Assembly (NCBI GenBank): GCA_963666765.1
Contig: OY762933.1
Location: 2,695,422 to 2,759,421, forward strand
Length of the DNA stretch: 64,000 nt
From: Gammaproteobacteria bacterium
GTDB taxonomy: Bacteria > Pseudomonadota > Gammaproteobacteria > Steroidobacterales > Foliamicaceae
Direction: 5' to 3'
Part shown: positions 50,897 to 58,813 of the stretch, piece after piece
Layout: the number at the start of each line of letters is the position of its first letter
How positions within the stretch are numbered: position 1 is the first letter of the stretch
Position numbers and translations under genes: made by a program
The notes under the pieces: generated by a model
Told to the model about the DNA's origin: nothing
What the model saw: the letters and a program-made list of their open reading frames with translations, nothing else
Databases searched by the model: none

Positions 50897-50927
50897 CTGA
50901 AAGGCAACGAACTCATGGGACAGCACT
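50897..50927 (+). repeat. solo copy of the E2-type terminal arm, containing the bioB start codon
   Basis: CTGAAAGGCAACGAACTCATGGGACAGCACT versus the E2 right arm CTGAAAGGCAACGAACTTATGAGACAGCGCACT: 17 identical nt, then ATG and GACAGC blocks, two substitutions and a 2-nt indel. A CACTAG (50876-50881, the actP stop) lies 15 nt upstream. Confidence 0.65.
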
Positions 50928-51886
50928 CCAGGGCGGACGTCGCGGCGATCTACCATTCGCCGCTGCTGGACTTGGTTTACAGGGCAGCCACGGTGCACCG
51001 TGAGCATCACGCCCCGGGCGAAGTACAGCTTTGCACGCTGCTGTCGGTGAAGACCGGCGGCTGCCCCGAGGATTGCGCCTATTGCCCGCAGGCGGCCCGT
51101 TACCACACCGGCATCGACCGGCACGGTCTGCTGAAGCTTGACGCGGTGCTGGAAGCCGCGCGGGAAGCCAAGGCGGCGGGAAGCACCCGGTTCTGCATGG
51201 GCGCCGCCTGGCGAGAGGTGCGCGACAACCGCCATTTCGACGAGGTGCTGGAGATGGTTTCCGGCGTCCGCGAACTGGGGCTTGAAGTCTGCTGCACCCT
51301 CGGCATGCTCACCGAGTCGCAGGCGCAGCGCCTCAAGGAAGCGGGCCTGTATGCGTATAACCACAACCTCGATTCCAGCCGCGAGTTCTATCCCGAGATC
51401 ATCGGCACGCGCGTCTATGACGACCGCCTGGAGACGGTTGCCAACGTACACAAGGCCGGCATTTCCGTGTGCTGCGGGGGCATTATCGGCATGGGCGAAA
51501 CAGTGGATCAGCGCATCGACCTGCTGCACACCCTTGCAACGCTGCCCAGTCCTCCGGAATCGGTTCCGGTCAATGCGCTGGTCCCGGTGCCCGGAACGCC
51601 GCTGGAGGACTGCCCACCGGTCTCGACCTGGGAAATGGTCCGGATGATCGCCACCGCGCGCGTGCTCATGCCGAATGCCATGGTGCGTCTGTCCGCCGGC
51701 CGCTCGCGCATGAGCGCCGAGCAGCAGGCCCTTTGTTTCCTGGCCGGCGCCAATTCGATATTCACCGGCGAAAAACTGCTCACCACGCCGAACCCGTCGT
51801 TCGACAGCGACGAGTCATTGCTGAAACTTCTGGGCCTTACCGCGAGAGAGCCGTACACGCAGCAGGACATCCACGTGTCTGCATGA
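50915..51886 (+). CDS. bioB: biotin synthase
   Basis: 323 aa. Radical-SAM motif CPEDCAYCPQ and YNHNLD, fully collinear with BioB. Confidence 0.95.
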   Translation: MGQHSRADVAAIYHSPLLDLVYRAATVHREHHAPGEVQLCTLLSVKTGGCPEDCAYCPQAARYHTGIDRHGLLKLDAVLEAAREAKAAGSTRFCMGAAWREVRDNRHFDEVLEMVSGVRELGLEVCCTLGMLTESQAQRLKEAGLYAYNHNLDSSREFYPEIIGTRVYDDRLETVANVHKAGISVCCGGIIGMGETVDQRIDLLHTLATLPSPPESVPVNALVPVPGTPLEDCPPVSTWEMVRMIATARVLMPNAMVRLSAGRSRMSAEQQALCFLAGANSIFTGEKLLTTPNPSFDSDESLLKLLGLTAREPYTQQDIHVSA

Positions 51887-51907
51887 GCGCGGCGATTCGG
51901 GCAGGGG

Positions 51908-51933
51908 CCCGGGAGCGAGGGCGTCCCGCCCTC
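51908..51933 (+). repeat. REP-like stem-loop (CCCGGGAGCGAGGGCGTCCCGCCCTC)
   Basis: Identical to the 24208 copy. It fills the bioB-bioF spacer, 11 nt upstream of the bioF ATG. Confidence 0.8.
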
Positions 51934-51944
51934 CACGCGCCTCA

Positions 51945-53096
51945 ATGAGCGCTGCAGTACTGCACGCCATACAGGAGGCGCTCAGGGAGCGTGAAAAGGC
52001 CGGCCTGCGGCGTAGCCTGGAAGCCGCGCCCGCCGGCGTGGACTTCTGTTCCAACGACTACCTGGGTCTGACCCGCGACCGGCGCCTGCGCCGCAGGATC
52101 GCGGCGGTCGCCGCCGAAGGCGCCGTGCCGCAGGGAGCCACCGGGTCCCGGCTGATTTCCGGGAACCACGCCGCGATCGGGAAGATGGAGGCGCAGCTTG
52201 CCGAGTTCTATTCCTGCGAGGCGGCGTTGGTGTTTTCCAGCGGATTTGCCGCCAACCTGGGCCTGCTGGCGAGCCTGGGCGGCGTGGTCGGCACGCTGGT
52301 CTGCGACCGCCTGTTGCACGCCAGCGCCATCGACGGCGGCCGCCTCAGCGGCGCGAAGCGGGTCATCTTCGCGCACAACGACATGCGCGATCTCGAAGCC
52401 AGGCTGGGGGCGCAGGAAACCGGAGAAAGGGCCGCGATCGTGGTGGAGACGGTGTATTCGATGGACGGCGACTTCGCGCCGCTGGACGAAATCGCGGTTC
52501 TTGCCGAACGGCATGATGCGGCGGTCGTTGTGGACGAGGCGCATGCCAACGGGGTGCTGGGACCCGCAGGGCGCGGCGGCGTGGCGGCCGCCGGACTCGA
52601 GGATCAGGTGCTGGCCCGGGTGGTGACATTCGGCAAGGCGCTGGGACTGCAGGGCGGCGCCGTGCTGTGTTCGAAGGACCTGCGCGATTACCTGGTGAAT
52701 TTCGCCCGTTCCTTCGTGTTTTCCACCGGTGTATCCCCTCTCTGGGCGGCAAGCGTGCAAGCCGCATACGAACTGTTGCCGCAGTTGAATGCGGAACGCG
52801 AGCGCTTGCGGGGCAACGTGGCGTATTTTCTGGAGCGTGTGGCGGAATCGCCGTGCCCCTGGCTGCCCAGCGAGTCGTGGATTCAGTGCCTCATGGTTCC
52901 GGGCGCGGCCGAAGTGCGCCGGGTGGGCGCGGTGCTGCGGGAGCGGGGACTGGCGGCGCTGCCGATTCGCGCCCCCACGGTGCCCGAGGGCCAGGAGCGA
53001 ATCCGCGTTTGCCTGCATGCATACAACACGCACGAGGAGATCGACCGGCTGTTCGCGGCGGCGGACGAAGCAATGCCTGTGTCCGGCGTCGCATAG
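51945..53096 (+). CDS. bioF: 8-amino-7-oxononanoate synthase
   Basis: 383 aa. Class-II aminotransferase fold. FCSNDYLGL, DEAHANG and TFGKALG (PLP-binding Lys). Confidence 0.9.
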   Translation: MSAAVLHAIQEALREREKAGLRRSLEAAPAGVDFCSNDYLGLTRDRRLRRRIAAVAAEGAVPQGATGSRLISGNHAAIGKMEAQLAEFYSCEAALVFSSGFAANLGLLASLGGVVGTLVCDRLLHASAIDGGRLSGAKRVIFAHNDMRDLEARLGAQETGERAAIVVETVYSMDGDFAPLDEIAVLAERHDAAVVVDEAHANGVLGPAGRGGVAAAGLEDQVLARVVTFGKALGLQGGAVLCSKDLRDYLVNFARSFVFSTGVSPLWAASVQAAYELLPQLNAERERLRGNVAYFLERVAESPCPWLPSESWIQCLMVPGAAEVRRVGAVLRERGLAALPIRAPTVPEGQERIRVCLHAYNTHEEIDRLFAAADEAMPVSGVA

Positions 53097-53249
53097 CCTG
53101 AATTCGAGGACCGGCCTCGGACCGGACGGCGCAAATCTCGAGGGCGGTGGAAGCGCCGCGGACGGGAAATCCGGAATCGGCCGGCCGCCGAATGCATTGC
53201 TCGAAGGCTCGATATAATCTGCCCCCCTGCACTCCAACGGTACCCGCTC

Positions 53250-53798
53250 ATGAAGAACATTCTTGCGATTTGCGCGCTGGCCTTCGCCGGCGCCGCCTTT
53301 GCCGCCGACGAGCCGCTTGCGGCCGGTTCGACGGCCCCCGACTGGACCCTTCCCGGCTCGGATGGAAACGAGTATTCCCTGGCCGAACTCCGCAAGGACG
53401 GCGCCGTGGTGCTCGCCTGGTTCCCGAAAGCCGATACGCCCGGATGCACGCGGGAGTGCCAGTCGCTGACGAAGAACGGCGACAAGATCCGCGAATTCAA
53501 GGTCAGCTATTTCATGGCCAGCGTGGACTCGATCGAGGACAACACGGCCTTTGCACAGAAGTACAGCGCCGACTTTCCCATCCTGTCGGACGAAACAAAG
53601 GAAGTCGCCAAAGCCTACCGGGTGATGAGCGCCTTCGGCTTTCCGAACCGCCATACGTTCTATATCGGCGCCGACGGCAGGGTCCTGGCCGTGGACCGCA
53701 AGGTCAACGCCGATACCGCCGCCGAGGACATCGTCGCCATGCTGGAGCAACTGGGCGTTGAAAAACGCGGCGCGCAAGCCGCTGCCGCCGGCCGTTAG
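53250..53798 (+). CDS. secreted peroxiredoxin (Bcp/PrxQ-like)
   Basis: 182 aa. Signal MKNILAICALAFAGAAFA. Peroxidatic motif FPKADTPGCTRECQ. A TATAAT hexamer at 53213-53218 lies 31 nt upstream. Confidence 0.85.
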   Translation: MKNILAICALAFAGAAFAADEPLAAGSTAPDWTLPGSDGNEYSLAELRKDGAVVLAWFPKADTPGCTRECQSLTKNGDKIREFKVSYFMASVDSIEDNTAFAQKYSADFPILSDETKEVAKAYRVMSAFGFPNRHTFYIGADGRVLAVDRKVNADTAAEDIVAMLEQLGVEKRGAQAAAAGR

Positions 53799-53976
53799 CG
53801 CAATAATCCGCGCGCGGCTTCGCCACAGCGGGCGCCACGATCAGACGGGTTTCGGCCCGGCTGCCATTTGCGCACCGCAAACCCTGCCTGCGTGGCGCCA
53901 GGTGATACGCGGTTCCTGACCCCCTTTTCGAGGTCCTCCGGACAACCCGCGCACCTGGCTGCAGGGTGGGGAAGAG

Positions 53977-54588
53977 ATGCAGGGATACACGATAGCGGGG
54001 ATTGGCACGGGCGTTGGCAAGACGCTGGTTTCGGCGCTGTTTGCGGAGCGGCTGGGGGCGGCGTACTGGAAGCCGGTGCAGGCGGGCGGGCTTGTGCATA
54101 CGGACGCCATGGAGGTGCGCCGGCTGGTCACGAATAAACGCGCTCGAGTCCTGCCCGAGGCCTATCGGCTGAAGGCGGCGATGTCGCCGCATGCCGCCGC
54201 CGCAAGAGAAGGCATTACGCTGCAGCGCGAACGGCTTCAGCTTCCCGAGGTGGACGCGCCGCTGGTGGTGGAACCGGCGGGCGGCGTGCGCGTTCCGCTG
54301 GCCGAGGGCGTGCTGAACACCGATCTCATGGAAGACTGGGGCCTGCCGGTGGTTGTTGTAGCGAACTATTACCTGGGCAGCATCAATCACTCGCTGCTGA
54401 CTGTCGAGGCGCTACGGGCGCGGGGCCTGCCGCCGGCCGGGATCGTGTTCAGCGGCGAAGCCAATCCCGATAGCCGCAGCGTCATCCTCGACGCGACCGG
54501 CCTTTCCTGTCTTCTGGATCTGCCGCCGCTTCCGCGGCCGGTGTCCCGCAAGCAGGTTCGCATCCATGCCGCGAGAATCGCGTTATGA
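53977..54588 (+). CDS. bioD: dethiobiotin synthase
   Basis: 203 aa. GIGTGVGKT P-loop, YWKPVQAG, VVEPAGG. Confidence 0.9.
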   Translation: MQGYTIAGIGTGVGKTLVSALFAERLGAAYWKPVQAGGLVHTDAMEVRRLVTNKRARVLPEAYRLKAAMSPHAAAAREGITLQRERLQLPEVDAPLVVEPAGGVRVPLAEGVLNTDLMEDWGLPVVVVANYYLGSINHSLLTVEALRARGLPPAGIVFSGEANPDSRSVILDATGLSCLLDLPPLPRPVSRKQVRIHAARIAL

Positions 54589-55886
54589 ACAGCGATACTT
54601 CGGATTTTGACCTGGATTTCGACCGCCGGCATATCTGGCATCCGTATGAATCCATGCGCGATCCCCCGCCGGCCTACCCGGTGGCTTCGGCACGCGGCGT
54701 GCGGCTTGTGCTGGACGATGGGCGGGAGCTGATCGACGGCATGGCGTCGTGGTGGTCGGCGATTCACGGCTACAACCACCCGGCGCTGAACCGCGCCGCG
54801 CGCCGTCAACTCAAGCGCATGGCGCACGTGATGTTCGGCGGCCTCACGCATGAGCCGGCCATTCGGCTGGCCCGTCGGCTCAAGGAACTGGCGCCGGGCG
54901 ATATCGACCGCGTGTTTTTCAGCGACTCCGGTTCGGTGGCCGTCGAAGTGGCGATCAAGATGGCCTTTCAGTACTGGCGCGCGCAGGGCGTTGAGGGCCG
55001 GACCCGGCTGCTCACGGTCCGCGGCGGCTACTATGGCGACACTTTCGGCGCCATGTCAGTTTGCGATCCGGTAACCGGGATGCACCACCTGTTCTCCGGC
55101 GCCCTGCCCGAGCAGTTTTTCGCCGACTCCCCGCGGGTGCGCTTCGGCGAAGCCTGGGACCCGGCCGACCTGGACTCGCTCAAGGAACTGGCGGCGCGGC
55201 ATCATGACGGGATCGCCGCGGTGATCCTGGAGCCCATCGTGCAGGGCGCTGGCGGAATGCGCTTCTATCACCCCGAGTACCTGGAGGGCGCTCGCGCACT
55301 GTGCGACCGTCATGGTTTCCTGCTCATCGCTGACGAAATCGCCACCGGATTCGGGCGCAGCGGCGAACTGTTCGCCTGCGAGCACGCCGGCGTGGTTCCG
55401 GACATCATGTGCGTGGGCAAGGCGCTCACCGGCGGCTATTTGAGTCTGGCGGCGACGCTGACGCGGGCGCATGTGGCCAGGACCATCGCGGCGGCGCCGG
55501 GCGCGGCGGGCGTGTTGATGCACGGCCCCACTTTCATGGCCAATCCGCTGGCCTGCGCCATCGCCGTAGCGAGTGTCGATCTGCTTGTCGAATCACCCTG
55601 GAAGATGCGGGTTGCGCGGGTCGAGCGCGAGCTGCGCCGCGGTCTTGCGCCCTGCCGCGAATGGCCGCAGGTGGCCGACGTTCGCGTGCTCGGCGCCATC
55701 GGGGTGGTGGAGATGCGCAAGCCCGTGGATGTCGCCCGCACGCAGAGCCGGCTTGTGGAACGGGGCGTATGGGCGCGGCCGTTCGGCAAACTGATTTACC
55801 TCATGCCCGCGTATGTGATGACGAACAGCGACCTGCGTCAGCTGTGCGCCGCCGTCTGCGAGACGGTCGCTCTGGAACCCACCTAG
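54585..55886 (+). CDS. bioA: adenosylmethionine-8-amino-7-oxononanoate aminotransferase
   Basis: 433 aa. ATGA overlap with bioD. HIWHPY, SWWSAIHGYNHP, DEIATGFGRSG and GKALTGG (PLP-binding Lys). Confidence 0.95.
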   Translation: MNSDTSDFDLDFDRRHIWHPYESMRDPPPAYPVASARGVRLVLDDGRELIDGMASWWSAIHGYNHPALNRAARRQLKRMAHVMFGGLTHEPAIRLARRLKELAPGDIDRVFFSDSGSVAVEVAIKMAFQYWRAQGVEGRTRLLTVRGGYYGDTFGAMSVCDPVTGMHHLFSGALPEQFFADSPRVRFGEAWDPADLDSLKELAARHHDGIAAVILEPIVQGAGGMRFYHPEYLEGARALCDRHGFLLIADEIATGFGRSGELFACEHAGVVPDIMCVGKALTGGYLSLAATLTRAHVARTIAAAPGAAGVLMHGPTFMANPLACAIAVASVDLLVESPWKMRVARVERELRRGLAPCREWPQVADVRVLGAIGVVEMRKPVDVARTQSRLVERGVWARPFGKLIYLMPAYVMTNSDLRQLCAAVCETVALEPT

Positions 55887-55933
55887 AAACGGGTACCATC
55901 GGCATTCGAATGTCAGGAACACTTCGGGAGAAC

Positions 55934-55959
55934 CCTGGGAACGAGGGCGTCGCGCCCTC
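55934..55959 (+). repeat. REP-like stem-loop (CCTGGGAACGAGGGCGTCGCGCCCTC)
   Basis: Same stem GAGGGCG/CGCCCTC, loop TCG. 8 nt upstream of the next ATG. Confidence 0.75.
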
Positions 55960-55967
55960 ACTTGCAC

Positions 55968-56768
55968 ATGAGTGACGAGCTGCTGTACGAAAAAGACGGC
56001 CCTCTGGTCGTGCTGACGATCAATCGGCCCCGGGAGCGAAACCTGCTGGGCCGGATCGGCGACGGCGCCTTGTTCGAGCAGGCAGCCGCGCGAGTACAGG
56101 CGGATGCCGCCGTGCGTTGCGCCATCCTTACCGGGGCGGGGTCGGCGTTCTCTTCCGGCGGCGACGTCAAGGCCATGCGTGACCGCAGCGGCGCCTTCGA
56201 GGGCGGATCCGCCGAATTGCGCGAAAGCTACCGCAAGGAGATACACCGCATGGTCCGCGCCCTGTGGAACCTGGACGTGCCGCTGATCGCGGCCGTCAAC
56301 GGACCGGCGATAGGGTTAGGCAACGACGTTGCCTGTATTGCCGATATCCGACTGGCGTCCGAGAAAGCGCTTTTCGGGCAGACTTTTCTCAAGCTGGGCC
56401 TGATTCCCGGCGACGGCGGCGCATGGATCCTCCAGCAACTGATCGGCTATTCGCGCGCCGCGCAGTTGTTGCTTACCGGCCAACTCATCAATGCCGAGAC
56501 CGCCAGGGACTGGGGCCTGGTGAGTGAAGTGACCGCCCCGGACGAACTGCTGACCAGGGCCCGCGAGCTCGCCGGCGAAATCGCGAAGCAGCCGCCCGTG
56601 GCGCTGCGCATGGCCAAGCAACTGCTGCGCGCCGGCCGACAGGACCGGTTCGGATCGGTAATGGAAATGTCGGCCAACCTGCAGGGCATTCTGCAGCGCA
56701 CGCGGGACCATGACGAGGCGCTGGCGGCGTTCTTCGAGAAGCGCCCGCCCGAATTCACGGGAAATTGA
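55968..56768 (+). CDS. enoyl-CoA hydratase/isomerase (crotonase) family protein
   Basis: ATG 55968 (MSDELLYEKDGPLVVLTINRPRERN) is preferred over the TTG at 55962. Oxyanion-hole region GAGSAFSSGGDV. Confidence 0.85.
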   Translation: MSDELLYEKDGPLVVLTINRPRERNLLGRIGDGALFEQAAARVQADAAVRCAILTGAGSAFSSGGDVKAMRDRSGAFEGGSAELRESYRKEIHRMVRALWNLDVPLIAAVNGPAIGLGNDVACIADIRLASEKALFGQTFLKLGLIPGDGGAWILQQLIGYSRAAQLLLTGQLINAETARDWGLVSEVTAPDELLTRARELAGEIAKQPPVALRMAKQLLRAGRQDRFGSVMEMSANLQGILQRTRDHDEALAAFFEKRPPEFTGN

Positions 56769-56931
56769 TTGCTGGCGCCGGCGTTGGTCGTAATCGCATT
56801 CCAGAGAAGCCGAGCCCACCGGCCCGCGCCTTCATTGACCCGTAGTCTCATCGTGGTTAGGATAAATGCCCCTTTTTGAGGCTGTCGCGCGCTCCGGGGG
56901 TTCGGTTGCGGCGGCAAATTAGGAGCAAGAA

Positions 56932-57378
56932 ATGTCTGATAACTCACCGACCGGAAGTTACGTCCAGATGGACGCCGTGGATTGGGTAGATTTCCCGCAG
57001 GGTCTGTGCGCGGGCGATATCAAGTGGAAGCTGCTGCACGTCTCTCCGGAGGCGGGCGCCTGGACCGCGATCTTCGATTGCAAGGCCGGGTCTTCGTTCG
57101 CCAAGCACATTCACATGGGTCCCGGCGAATACTTCCTCACCAAGGGCCGCATGCATGTGCGCGGCGGCACCGACGAGGGCGGCGACACGGCGGTTGCCCC
57201 GGGCTACGGCTACGAGGCCTGCAACGCCCAGCATGATCACACCGAGTTTCCCGTGGACAGCGAGTTCTACATGACCTTCCTGGGCCCGCTGAACTTCCTG
57301 GACGACGACGGCAACACGATCGCCCTGGTAGGCTGCAAGCAGGTGCTCGACGCCTGGAACGCTTCAGCCGGAGGCTGA
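56932..57378 (+). CDS. cupin-domain protein (ChrR-like cupin / 2,4'-dihydroxyacetophenone dioxygenase-like)
   Basis: 148 aa. SD AGGAG upstream. HIHMGPGEYFLTKG...H metal-binding cupin motifs. Confidence 0.7.
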   Translation: MSDNSPTGSYVQMDAVDWVDFPQGLCAGDIKWKLLHVSPEAGAWTAIFDCKAGSSFAKHIHMGPGEYFLTKGRMHVRGGTDEGGDTAVAPGYGYEACNAQHDHTEFPVDSEFYMTFLGPLNFLDDDGNTIALVGCKQVLDAWNASAGG

Positions 57379-57390
57379 TCCTCCATTCCT

Positions 57391-57429
57391 TGACGCTATG
57401 GCCCGTCGCGGACACGGGCCATAGCGTCA
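57391..57429 (+). terminator. perfect 16-bp stem hairpin after the cupin gene (terminator-like, no U tract)
   Basis: TGACGCTATGGCCCGT-CGCGGAC-ACGGGCCATAGCGTCA, 13 nt after the stop. It is followed by CGTTGTG rather than a T run, so it could instead be an operator or RNA-stability element. Confidence 0.4.
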
Positions 57430-57479
57430 CGTTGTGCGCCAACAGGCTTCGCCCGCCTGTGCTATTGTGTTGAACGGCC

Positions 57480-57773
57480 ATGTTGGGGGTTCGCATCAAA
57501 TACCGCGCGAGTATCCGGCGCCTTGCCGTTGTTGCGGCTTTCGCGTTGTGTTCGGCTGCACTGCACGCCAGCCATCACTGGGACGATTCAAGCTGCGCCG
57601 AGGACGCATGTGCGGTCTGCCTGTTCACCGATTCAGGTAGTACCGGGAACAGCGTTACGGCCTTTGCTCTAACGCAAGCTGCCGATTCGGCAGCCGTTCC
57701 TTCGCTCCGACTGCTGTTTCTTGTCCCCCGGCCGCGTGACGCCCATAGGACCCGAGCGCCACCCATCTCCTGA
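57480..57773 (+). CDS. DUF2946-like small secreted protein
   Basis: 97 aa. Signal-like RRLAVVAAFALCSAALHA, a Cys pair in ...CAEDACAVCLF..., and C-terminal ...RTRAPPIS resembling the RAPP tail of DUF2946 proteins, which usually precede metal TonB receptors. Confidence 0.5.
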   Translation: MLGVRIKYRASIRRLAVVAAFALCSAALHASHHWDDSSCAEDACAVCLFTDSGSTGNSVTAFALTQAADSAAVPSLRLLFLVPRPRDAHRTRAPPIS

Positions 57774-57843
57774 TCGCACTACATTCAAATCGCGCGGTGT
57801 CCGCTGACGCCGCGTGACGGATTTGTGATTCACGAGATGGTAG

Positions 57844-58044
57844 ATGAAACAGCTTGAGTATCTTTCTGCGGCGGCGCTGCTGTGCATCGCATCCGCGGCT
57901 TTTGGGCAGGAACAGGCGGACGAGAACCAGTCCGAGGCGATTGAAGAAATCGTGATTCTCGGACACCCGCTGTCGGCGGAAGGGCTAGCTACGCCCGCGC
58001 CGGACCGCACGATCGAGGCGGGATTGCGGGTAAGGTTCCAGTGA
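57844..58044 (+). pseudogene. N-terminal relic of a ZnuD-like TonB-dependent receptor (signal peptide plus TonB box only)
   Basis: MKQLEYLSAAALLCIASAAFGQ...AIEEIVILGHPLSAEGLATP matches ALEEIVVHGHPLSAEGLATP of the full receptor at about 61.99-62.05 kb (46/56 nt identical by my count). Similarity then ends, with a stop 19 codons later. Confidence 0.65.
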
Positions 58045-58073
58045 TGGCCTTTTCCTGTCGTTCCCGCCGCCGC

Positions 58074-58646
58074 ATGCGCACGCATAATGCAATAGTCCGG
58101 CCGCTCGCTTACGCCATGGCGGTCTGTGGCCTGGCTCCCGCCAGCGTGCCGGCGCAGCATGTGCATGGCGTTGTCGAACTGGGTGTCGTGGTTGAGGGCG
58201 GCACGGTAGCGGTATCGCTGATTGCGCCGCTTTCCGATGTCGTCGGCTTCGAACATGCGCCGGAAAGTGATGAACAGCTTGAAACTATTCGGGAGGCTGC
58301 CGCGATGTTGTCGAATGCAGACGCAATGTTCGGACTGGCGGACTCGGCGGATTGCAGGATTTCGGACACGTCTGTCGAGGGACCGGGGTACGTCGTTCAG
58401 CACCTTGCGGAAGACCATGCGGAATCGACCGTTCACGACGACCACGATTCCGAACAGCACGAGGAAATAAACGCAAGTTACGAATGGGTATGCGGCAATG
58501 TATCGGATCTTGATTCCCTCTCGCTGCGTTTCACGGAGAGCTTCGCGAGCGTCGAAACGATTGAGATTCAGATTCTCACCTCGGCCGGAGCGCACGTGAC
58601 GACGGTAGAAGGGCGAGCGTCGTCGGTTTCCCTGTCGTCGCCCTAG
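58074..58646 (+). CDS. zrgA: DUF2796 periplasmic metal-binding protein (ZrgA-like); start may be 58041 or 58044
   Basis: MRTHNAIVRPLAYAMAVCGLAPASVPAQHVHGVVELGVVVEGGTVAVSLIAPLSDVVGFEHAP... is the DUF2796 pattern. A His/Asp-rich stretch HLAEDHAESTVHDDHDSEQHEE is present. Confidence 0.75.
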   Translation: MRTHNAIVRPLAYAMAVCGLAPASVPAQHVHGVVELGVVVEGGTVAVSLIAPLSDVVGFEHAPESDEQLETIREAAAMLSNADAMFGLADSADCRISDTSVEGPGYVVQHLAEDHAESTVHDDHDSEQHEEINASYEWVCGNVSDLDSLSLRFTESFASVETIEIQILTSAGAHVTTVEGRASSVSLSSP

Positions 58647-58808
58647 CAGCCCGTGGCAAGACTCCCACTGCGTTCGCCCGGCGATCCATCCCGCCTGGAC
58701 TGCGTTGCTTGTCGCTTGCATATGCCCGATATGCGCGCTCCTCGCGCCTTGCCAGGCGGGCGTCTCGCCGTTCTCGGTGCGACGCGGGGTTCTGCCACGG
58801 GCTGCTAG
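58643..58808. mobile_element. 166-bp CTAG-bounded foldback element E3
   Basis: Perfect 16-bp terminal inverted repeat CTAGCAGCCCGTGGCA (58643-58658) versus TGCCACGGGCTGCTAG (58793-58808). Internal complementary blocks GGCGA..CCCGCCTGG / CCAGGCGGG..TCGCC. The left CTAG contains the zrgA stop, and the right end is 5 nt before the zrgB ATG. Confidence 0.6.
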
Positions 58809-58813
58809 AAGCG

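Noticed and set aside
51942-53777. 611-aa minus-strand ORF
   Set aside because: It is antisense to bioF and the peroxiredoxin gene and spans their intergenic spacer. There is no domain signal, so it is a shadow ORF.
57773-57843. Zur box upstream of the zinc cluster (also sought at 58646-58813 and 61545-61877)
   Set aside because: I could not find a convincing GTTATA-N-TATAAC-type palindrome. There are only short palindromes such as GTGATTCAC. Without a lineage-specific matrix I cannot support a call.
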